Numbered from the stretch's first letter, positions 16,420 through 23,551 are shown. The stretch is DNA of 32,316 nucleotides from an uncultured archaeon (GCA_964606565.1 CAZSGV010000001.1:1-32316), one strand, 5' to 3'. Notes: generated from the sequence alone by a model not told the origin. Program-made: numbers and translations.

Positions 16420-16532
16420 TTTTTTCCCTCGGCGAAATCTCCTAAATTAAATTCTGTTTATTGTGAATATAACTTTTTCACTATTTATTCGATTCTATCC
16501 GCTTTGTATGACATCCCTGAAAATTAGAAAAA

Positions 16533-16606
16533 TGCGGACGGCGGGATTCGAACCCGCGTCGCGGCCGTGGCAGGGCCGTATCTTAACCAAACTGGACTAC
16601 GTCCGC
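16533..16606 (-). tRNA. tRNA-Gly (GCC)
   Basis: Minus strand: GCGGACG..CGGCC-CTGCCAC-GGCCG-CGAC-GCGGG-TTCGAAT-CCCGC-CGTCCGC-A. The D stem is weak. Confidence 0.88.
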
Positions 16607-16625
16607 TTAAAGCATGAACGACAGC

Positions 16626-16934
16626 TTATCCAAATATGCCGCCAAACCCTTCAATTGCTTTATCCTCTTCTTCTTTTATCTTTTTTAATATTTCTTCTTT
16701 CTCTTCGCCGCTTATTTCTGTTGCTAATTCGTTGCCTTCTTCGTCTTTTGTTAGCTCTAGTGCGCGCTTGCATCTTTCGTCAGTTCCGGTGACTATGAAA
16801 AGATAGCCTCCTTCTTTGTCGAACTGCTTTGCGTCCTTGAAAACAATGCTAGCGCGGTTTACGATTTCGTCCGCAAGCATTTTTTCTTTCAGTTTTGCAT
16901 AGTTATTGCCTGCAACATGTAATATTATTTCCAT
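16626..16934 (-). CDS. Small acidic protein with ribosomal P-stalk-like C-terminal tail (..EEEDKAIEGFGGIFG)
   Basis: 102 aa. A perfect GGAGGT SD lies 6 nt upstream of the ATG. The N-terminal ~65 aa look like a mixed alpha/beta domain, followed by an EK-rich linker and the tail GFGGIFG. Confidence 0.7.
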   Translation of the reverse strand: MEIILHVAGNNYAKLKEKMLADEIVNRASIVFKDAKQFDKEGGYLFIVTGTDERCKRALELTKDEEGNELATEISGEEKEEILKKIKEEEDKAIEGFGGIFG

Positions 16935-16958
16935 TTTTGTACCTCCGTTGTTGCTTTA

Positions 16959-17031
16959 AGCCTCAGGCGAGATTCGAACTCGCGACCTTCCGCTTACGAG
17001 GCGGATGCTCTACCAACTAAGCCACTGAGGC
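16959..17031 (-). tRNA. tRNA-Thr (CGU)
   Basis: Minus strand: GCCTCAG-TG-GCTT-AGTTGGTA-GAGC-A-TCCGC-CTCGTAA-GCGGA-AGGTC-GCGAG-TTCGAAT-CTCGC-CTGAGGC-T. Confidence 0.92.
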
Positions 17032-17163
17032 ACAACTGAGACGTAGTTAATGTATATTACTATGAAGAGCCAATATAATATTTAACTTTGGTGGTTTGCT
17101 AGTGCGGAGCTTGTTTGATTTTCAACAGCTAATACTTTTATTTAAGCATGCTTAAGGCGATTC

Positions 17164-18204
17164 ATGATGGCTAAAGAAAAGATGCACGAGGCTATGCTGT
17201 GGGAGAAGGAAAGGAATGGCGTAAGGTGTAACCTTTGCGCTAGGCATTGCTTTATTTCAAAAGGCAAAAGAGGTTTCTGTCTTGTCCGCGTTAATAAAGA
17301 CAATGTTCTTTATACGCTGAATTATGGCAAGCTTGTTGCTGTCAATGTCGATCCTATAGAGAAAAAACCGTTTTTCCATTTTTATCCAGGTTCCAAGTCT
17401 CTTTCAATTGCCGCAGCCGGATGCAATTTCAGATGCCAGTTTTGCGACAATTGGGAAATAAGCCAAAGTGTAGACGAACAAGCAAAAAGCGTACCTGGCA
17501 AAAAATACACGCCAGAAGACATAGTAAAGCTGGCCGAGAAGAACAACTGCAAAAGCATAGCTTACACTTATACAGAGCCGACAATATTCTTCGAATTCGC
17601 ATATAAGACTGCCAAGCTTGCAAAGCGCAGCAATATAATGAACGTCTTTGTTACAAACGGCTATATAACTGATGATGCTATCAAGAAAATATCCAAATAT
17701 CTTGACGCAGCGGTCGTGGACGTAAAAGCGTCTTTAGACCCAGAGTTCTATAAAAAATTCATGTCTGTGCCTGATGTTAAGCCGATATACGCTGCGTTAA
17801 AACAAATAAATAAACAGAGAATATTTCTTGAAATAACAAATCTCATAATACCACAAATAGGGGACAACGTGGAACTCTGCCGAAAGCTTGCCGAGCATGT
17901 AAACACCAAATTGAGATCGACTATACCGTTCCATGTTATACAATTCCATCCAAGTTACAAGCTTATGGAATTGCCGTCGACACCGGTTGCGACTTTGGAA
18001 AAATGCGTGGCAGAAGCCCGCAAAATGGGTCTTCGATACGTGTACATAGGGAATGTTGCAGGGCACGACGACGAAAATACTTACTGTTACAATTGTAGAG
18101 AGCTGTTGATAAAGCGATTCGGTCCCAGCGTAGAAAAAACAAACCTAGTAAAAAACAGATGTCCTAATTGCGGCGCCAACATAGATCTTCTAATAGAAAA
18201 TTAG
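17164..18204 (+). CDS. AmmeMemoRadiSam system radical SAM enzyme
   Basis: 346 aa. VRCNLCARHCFISKGKRGFCLVR, DPIEKKPFFHFYPGS, the GCNFRCQFCDNWEIS (CxxxCxxC) cluster and the C-terminal CxxC..CPNCG match the family architecture. Confidence 0.85.
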   Translation: MMAKEKMHEAMLWEKERNGVRCNLCARHCFISKGKRGFCLVRVNKDNVLYTLNYGKLVAVNVDPIEKKPFFHFYPGSKSLSIAAAGCNFRCQFCDNWEISQSVDEQAKSVPGKKYTPEDIVKLAEKNNCKSIAYTYTEPTIFFEFAYKTAKLAKRSNIMNVFVTNGYITDDAIKKISKYLDAAVVDVKASLDPEFYKKFMSVPDVKPIYAALKQINKQRIFLEITNLIIPQIGDNVELCRKLAEHVNTKLRSTIPFHVIQFHPSYKLMELPSTPVATLEKCVAEARKMGLRYVYIGNVAGHDDENTYCYNCRELLIKRFGPSVEKTNLVKNRCPNCGANIDLLIEN

Positions 18205-18243
18205 AATGGCCATAGGATCGACCACAATTTTATACTGCTTCCT

Positions 18244-18291
18244 AATTGTTTCAATCGGTTTCAAATTGTTTCAGATCGTTTCAAGCTTTCA
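18244..18291. promoter_or_regulatory. Helically phased direct-repeat array, 4x (RATY)GTTTCA at exact 10-bp period
   Basis: GTTTCA occurs at 18248, 18258, 18268 and 18278, with a degenerate TTTCA at 18287. The array is organised as 2x20 bp: AATTGTTTCAATCGGTTTCA / AATTGTTTCAGATCGTTTCA. It lies 55-95 bp upstream of the TTTTATAT box at 18338-18345. Confidence 0.6.
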
Positions 18292-18357
18292 GAGCAGTTA
18301 AAGTAATCATTAAGAATAAATAAGTTAGTGTAACACATTTTATATTGTGAGCTGACC

Positions 18358-19335
18358 GTGAATAATGTGAAAATATTTAGAAAACCATCTGTTGATTTAA
18401 CTAATGTCGCAAGCAAGATTAATATTTTGCTACTATTGATTTTCGTTAGTTCTACTTTTCTCGCGCTTATGCCAGTTCTTGTTTCTGCAAATCAGGGCAT
18501 ACAATTCTATAAAATAGATATAACACTTGATGACGAGGGCAAGAGTGATGTCAAACTTGTTATAACTTTTAAAGAAGCGGAAGAAACCTTTTCATTCGAT
18601 ATTATCGGTCGTATTGAAAACTTTGAAGCCACGAGTAATGCTGGACCGGTTGATTGTAATGTGCGTGTAAGTGGCACAAGCTCAATAAACTGCATTATGG
18701 ACCTTACTGAGACTCAGAAAGAATTGCAAATAAATTTTACAACAAGCGATTTTGTGAAAACACTTGATGAGAAATTTTATTTTAGCGGAGATCTAAGCCC
18801 GAATGCGTATGCAACGGAAATTTCTACAACACTAAAGCTTCCGCAAGGAACTCTTCTGGTAGGCGAAGACATAAGCTCCAGCATACTTTCGTACCCGAAA
18901 AGCGCGTCTGCACACATATTGGGCGATAGCATAATTGTGGTATGGACACTTTACAATGTTCCAGAAACAGAAGGACTGAAATTCGAAGTTCTTTATGAAC
19001 AAGTCAAAACCCCACCATGGTTCCAGCTTAGGATGAGGCACTTTGTTCTTCTAGGCGCAAGCTTCGCTGTTGTTTTAGGTTTTATTTTTGTGCGCTATTT
19101 GAGAAGGTCTGAGAGCGTGGTTCTGTCGGTTTTGGACGAATATGAGCGTAAGGTGGTGGACATAATATCAAAAGAAGGCGAAGTTAAACAAAAACAAGTA
19201 GTACAACTTACAAATTTCTCAAAAGCCAAAGTAAGCCGCGTAGTTAAGAACTTAGCAAAACGCGGGCTTATAGAAGTAGAGAGAAGAGGAAGAACGAACA
19301 GACTAAAGATAGTTAAAAAGAAATTGAAAATTTAA
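18358..19335 (+). CDS. Membrane-tethered winged-helix transcription regulator (ectodomain-TM-cytoplasmic wHTH)
   Basis: 325 aa, GTG start (18358 or 18367). N-terminal anchor/signal INILLLLIFVSSTFLALMPVLVSA, a ~185-aa ectodomain, TM2 HFVLLGASFAVVLGFIFVRYL, then RRSES and a MarR/ArsR-like wHTH (VLDEYERKVVDIISKEGEVKQKQVVQLTNFSKAKVSRVVKNLAKRGLIEVERRGRTNRL). Confidence 0.75.
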   Translation: MNNVKIFRKPSVDLTNVASKINILLLLIFVSSTFLALMPVLVSANQGIQFYKIDITLDDEGKSDVKLVITFKEAEETFSFDIIGRIENFEATSNAGPVDCNVRVSGTSSINCIMDLTETQKELQINFTTSDFVKTLDEKFYFSGDLSPNAYATEISTTLKLPQGTLLVGEDISSSILSYPKSASAHILGDSIIVVWTLYNVPETEGLKFEVLYEQVKTPPWFQLRMRHFVLLGASFAVVLGFIFVRYLRRSESVVLSVLDEYERKVVDIISKEGEVKQKQVVQLTNFSKAKVSRVVKNLAKRGLIEVERRGRTNRLKIVKKKLKI

Positions 19336-19553
19336 TTTTTCCACATCTTGAAAAGGTCTAAAAAATCGTTTCACAGCTGTTTTTAGAAAAACAACAAAAT
19401 CGGCACAATATAAGCTATTTAAACCTTTATTCTTGTTAATAAAGGCTTTAAATACGTTTAGGAACTATTAGAAGTATTAGAATATGGTATTATTGTGTTT
19501 ACAAAGCTTCGATGAAACAGTTTCAAAAGTTCGTAAATTGTTTCATTACAGTG

Positions 19554-19560
19554 TTATATA
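19554..19560 (+). promoter_or_regulatory. Candidate TATA box of the S-layer gene
   Basis: TTATATA lies about 120 nt upstream of ATG 19679 and just downstream of GTTTCA motifs at 19513-19545. An alternative TTTAAATA lies at 19447-19454. Confidence 0.3.
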
Positions 19561-19678
19561 CCGTGTAAAGCAAATTTTATTTTAGAAAATCCCAAGCACA
19601 GTGGGTTATCGACTTCCGAGCGCAAGCTCAGTTGGCGAAAAACTGCTGTGATTAAGGAAAAAAAAGGTAAGATAAAAA

Positions 19679-22069
19679 ATGAAAAAATTAATCGCAGGAT
19701 TTATGACTGCGTTAATGGCACTACTAACAGTAACAAGTCCGGTTCTGGCAGCAACTGCATTGGGAGACTATCCAGGTTTCCTAGCAGGATCTGACGGGAC
19801 TTTGGACGCGTACGTAGTAATAGGCTCAGATGCTGCAGTCGACGACGTGGTAGGCGCGGTTGACCTTGCTTCAAGACTTGCAGAAGTCGGTGAGGCAACT
19901 ACGACTGAATCATGTCCAGGTGCGGCTGTCAGTGTCGATGGAGTCTCAAAAGACACAATAACAATAACCAGAGGCTATCTGGATGACTTCTTCCCAGGAT
20001 CACTAAGAAGCTTCCACATGAGCAAACTTACAACAGGCACATACAGTTGGGCTGGCAGTAATTACGATTACTATGAAACCATCAATTTGGGTGATGATCT
20101 CATATATACTAGCCACGACTTTGGAACAACAGGAATTAACGGCACTCAGTCGATGGTAATTCCGACCAATGTCTTGAAATATCAGTATGTGTTCAAGAAA
20201 GCAATAAACCTTACATCTAAATCCAATTTAGGTACTTTGACTAGTCCAGAATACACATATCCGATCAACGTCGTACTACTCGGTCAGACCTTCCAAATAG
20301 TTGGTATTGGAGCTAACCAATTGAAGATGTTGGCAGGATCTGTTGGAACAGCTACTGCAACCACACCAGTTGTGTATGAAGATTACTCTGTCTATTCAGA
20401 CCTTGGCGACAGCGGAGGTACATGGGCAAGAGTAATAGTTAAGGACTCATCTGGTAATACGGTTGCTACTGAGGTCATTAATGATGACAGCGACAAAACG
20501 CTGACAGCATTAGACTTGACAATCAAAGTGACAGCTGTTCGAGCGCTGACGGATGGTACAGTAGTTGGAACCGACATAGTTGTCGGCGAGATCAACGCTG
20601 TAGAAAAAACCTATCCGGCAAGTTGTGATATAAGTGGAACTGGTACAAGCGACTACAAATTCCCAGGAGAGACTGAATGGTGCATACAAGCAACAGAGAT
20701 ATCAGGATCTACGGCATCTGGGGACATAGCAGTAGACGACAAAATAGAAGTCGTGTACAAACCTTCAACAACAAAGTACATCAAAATGACCGATGCGGAT
20801 CCATCTGTTTCATTGCCCGCAAGCTATGGAAAGATTGGTTTCATAGGTTGGAACTATGACACATGGACTGAGCTGACATTCAAACCAGTGACTGGAAAGA
20901 CCGTTTACTGGGACGATGGTATGACAGGAGCGACTAACACTACACAAGCAGCTGCAAACCTAAACGGTATAGAGATAGCATCAAGTGTACCTGGCAGCAT
21001 AGTTAATGGATCTAACGGATACGACAAAGCGTACGTTCTGTTCAACTACACTCTTGCTAATGGAAGTCAGCCAGTGATGATAGGATTCTGGGATTCTGTG
21101 AACAACAGAATCGGAGTGGATATAGATGAAGCTACTCCTTACTATAAGCTAGTTGGTCTGAACATTGGTGCAAATACATCTGTGACTCTTGAATTCAACT
21201 TCACTATAAGCTACAGCAATGGAGCAACCGCTGGTGACAGACAATATCTGTTCTTGAATGTGTCAAATGAGACATATTCCGGCACGAGTACTACTGTCAA
21301 CGGCGTTGGAACAGGCGGAGCCAGCTATTTCAGTAACTTCTACATTGGTAAGACAGCTTCAGGTGCATACAACGACTCAATATTAATCAACTACGTGAAC
21401 AAAACAACAACATGGTCTGCAACGGCAGCGCCAGAATTCAGACTGTTTACAACCACAAGTGCTGAGACGAAGGACGTTCAAGTCTATTCGGCAAACACTG
21501 ATGGAACAGCAACGCTGGCAGATGCTGGAAAGACTGTGCAGGATGTAGTTTCAGACTCTGGAAACATCGTAGTAGCACCAAGTTCATATACAGGTTCAGA
21601 TCAGGTGAAGGTAAAAGTACCGGCACAAGTTCTGTACGCGAAGATGTACATTGGTGAGCTAGGAGGCACCACAGCAGGAAGCGAAGTCTCATACACAGAC
21701 TATCCATCAATACCGATAACATCAGCAATAGCAAAACTAGACACAGAAATGTCTGCTTTGAAAACAGCGAAACACGTTATCTTGGTCGGCGGACCATGTA
21801 TCAACGATCTGGTAGCTGAATTGGCCACAGCTGGCACATTCGGTTACACATGTGATTCATGGCCAGGCAGAGACTTCGGTCTCATCGAGGCTATAGACGA
21901 CGGATTCGCAACAGGCAAAGTAGCATTAGTAGTTGCCGGAACACGCGCAGCCGATACACGCGTAGCAACATCTGCGTTGCAGCTGTATGACACTAAACTG
22001 GCAGACCTAACAGGTGCGTCAGTCGAAGTCACTGGTACAGTTGGAGCGCCGACTGTTACAGAAGTGTAG
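19679..22069 (+). CDS. S-layer (surface layer) glycoprotein
   Basis: 796 aa. Signal peptide MKKLIAGFMTALMALLTVTSPVLAATA. Thr/Ser/Gly/Val-rich, acidic, few Cys. 12 N-x-S/T sequons by manual count. The C-terminal VILVGGPCINDLVAEL..ALVVAGTRAADT module resembles methanococcal-type S-layer proteins. Long upstream region and a strong terminator. Confidence 0.8.
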   Translation: MKKLIAGFMTALMALLTVTSPVLAATALGDYPGFLAGSDGTLDAYVVIGSDAAVDDVVGAVDLASRLAEVGEATTTESCPGAAVSVDGVSKDTITITRGYLDDFFPGSLRSFHMSKLTTGTYSWAGSNYDYYETINLGDDLIYTSHDFGTTGINGTQSMVIPTNVLKYQYVFKKAINLTSKSNLGTLTSPEYTYPINVVLLGQTFQIVGIGANQLKMLAGSVGTATATTPVVYEDYSVYSDLGDSGGTWARVIVKDSSGNTVATEVINDDSDKTLTALDLTIKVTAVRALTDGTVVGTDIVVGEINAVEKTYPASCDISGTGTSDYKFPGETEWCIQATEISGSTASGDIAVDDKIEVVYKPSTTKYIKMTDADPSVSLPASYGKIGFIGWNYDTWTELTFKPVTGKTVYWDDGMTGATNTTQAAANLNGIEIASSVPGSIVNGSNGYDKAYVLFNYTLANGSQPVMIGFWDSVNNRIGVDIDEATPYYKLVGLNIGANTSVTLEFNFTISYSNGATAGDRQYLFLNVSNETYSGTSTTVNGVGTGGASYFSNFYIGKTASGAYNDSILINYVNKTTTWSATAAPEFRLFTTTSAETKDVQVYSANTDGTATLADAGKTVQDVVSDSGNIVVAPSSYTGSDQVKVKVPAQVLYAKMYIGELGGTTAGSEVSYTDYPSIPITSAIAKLDTEMSALKTAKHVILVGGPCINDLVAELATAGTFGYTCDSWPGRDFGLIEAIDDGFATGKVALVVAGTRAADTRVATSALQLYDTKLADLTGASVEVTGTVGAPTVTEV

Positions 22070-22103
22070 GCTCACGCAGTCTGGTAAATTTACGCAGTCC
22101 GAA

Positions 22104-22141
22104 GAAAAAGTTTGACAACTTTTTCTTTTTTTCTTTTTTTT
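22104..22141 (+). terminator. Hairpin plus oligo-T terminator of the S-layer gene
   Basis: GAAAAAGTT-TGAC-AACTTTTTC forms a perfect 9-bp stem. It is followed by TTTTTTTCTTTTTTTT. Confidence 0.7.
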
Positions 22142-22232
22142 AAAATTAAGCGTTAATTATAGGTATACCAAAATCTATAAGAAAGGAAAAATCTATAAAA
22201 AAGTAAAGCACAAGCTTAGAAGATGGTATTAA

Positions 22233-22811
22233 ATGGAAATTAAAATTAAGCTTTCAAAAAGGAATGTGACATTAGTAGTGGCTTTGTTGGCCATAACCGG
22301 TTTTCTTTTTTATTATGTGTTTTTTTATCCGAAACCGATAAAGACTTGGAACTACGGTGGTATGGTGCTTAATTTCCGTTCTGATCTGCGCAAAGCGGAC
22401 AAAGTCCCTGTTTATCCTGGCGAGACGCAGGTGTATCTTGACACAATGCACACCTTAGTTGACAATGTAACAATAGTCTACAAAGACGTAGGCGAATATG
22501 GTTATTATGCAACAGAGGCTTTTGAGATAACATATAAAATGAAAATTGCTTATACGAATTTGCTTGGGACAGACATTGAAGGGAAGACACCCAATATACC
22601 AACATTTAATGCAGAGGCAGTTGACCAATATGCATACCTGCCTGGAAAAATACAAAACCCGATAATAGCTCTTGTGCATCCCATATATGCAAACGAAACG
22701 GCCGTGCGCAATGAGGGGCATGTCACTTACATATCTGGTGAGACTTTTGATGATTTGGATTTGGCAACAACGAAGTTTTTGATGGTTGTCTTGGGAATTG
22801 ATCTTGAGTAA
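22233..22811 (+). CDS. Membrane-anchored hypothetical protein
   Basis: 192 aa. One N-terminal TM (VTLVVALLAITGFLFYYVFFY), then a soluble domain without recognisable motifs. Confidence 0.55.
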   Translation: MEIKIKLSKRNVTLVVALLAITGFLFYYVFFYPKPIKTWNYGGMVLNFRSDLRKADKVPVYPGETQVYLDTMHTLVDNVTIVYKDVGEYGYYATEAFEITYKMKIAYTNLLGTDIEGKTPNIPTFNAEAVDQYAYLPGKIQNPIIALVHPIYANETAVRNEGHVTYISGETFDDLDLATTKFLMVVLGIDLE

Positions 22812-22861
22812 TCCAATGAGTTTTGTTAGTCCTTGAGGAAACAAAGGTTTAAAATAACTTT

Positions 22862-23551
22862 TTATTTATATTCATAAACAAGTGAAGATAATATATGTAC
22901 TAAATAGTTATAATATTCTCTGATATTCGCTTTGCTTTTACCTTCCTTTCTGTTTGTGAATTTTATTGGGAGCTCGATTATTTTGTCATATTTCGCTTTT
23001 GCAACAAGTTCTAAACATATTTTGAACCCTTTCGGATTAAATTTTATTCCTTCGAGACATACTTTTTTTATTAAAAAGAAACCGGACATGGGGTCTTTTA
23101 TTTTCGTAATAGGCCTTGCTAGAAAAGTTGCAACTTTTGAAACAGCTTTTCTGTAGAAAGACCAACCAACAATTTTACCCCCCTTGACATATCTGCTCCC
23201 AATAACAAAGTCTGCATCGTTTTTAATTTCTTCAAACATTTTTGGAATAATTTCTGGCGGATGGCTTAAATCAGCATCCATAACTCCTAGGACATCACCT
23301 TTGGACGCTTTGAACCCGTCAAGCACAGCAGAAGATAATCCAAGTTTTTCTTTTCTATGTATAACCCTTAATCTTTTGTATTTTTCCCTTAGTTTTTCTG
23401 CTAAGGCACCAGTGCCATCAGGAGAGCTATCATCAACTATTATAACCTCCCCCTTTATGTCATTTTTGTCAAAGACCGAAAAGATTCTACTCAGAAGAGT
23501 TTGTAAATTATCTTTTTCGTTATATGTTGGTATTACAATGCTCAAGCGCAT
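22862..23551 (-). CDS. GT2 polyprenol/dolichol-phosphate glycosyltransferase (Dpm1-like)
   Basis: Start placed at MRLSIVIPTYNEKDNL (ATG 23551) rather than the extended track ORF. Motifs VDDSSPDGT, MDADLSHPP, SRY..GG. Confidence 0.82.
   Translation of the reverse strand: MRLSIVIPTYNEKDNLQTLLSRIFSVFDKNDIKGEVIIVDDSSPDGTGALAEKLREKYKRLRVIHRKEKLGLSSAVLDGFKASKGDVLGVMDADLSHPPEIIPKMFEEIKNDADFVIGSRYVKGGKIVGWSFYRKAVSKVATFLARPITKIKDPMSGFFLIKKVCLEGIKFNPKGFKICLELVAKAKYDKIIELPIKFTNRKEGKSKANIREYYNYLVHILSSLVYEYK

Noticed and set aside
16626-16934. Calling the 102-aa protein outright as ribosomal stalk protein P1 (L12e).
   Set aside because: - Only the C-terminal linker and tail match.
- The N-terminal part does not resemble the helical P1 dimerisation domain as I recall it.
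- It was therefore kept as an uncharacterised protein with a stalk-like tail, pending a profile search.
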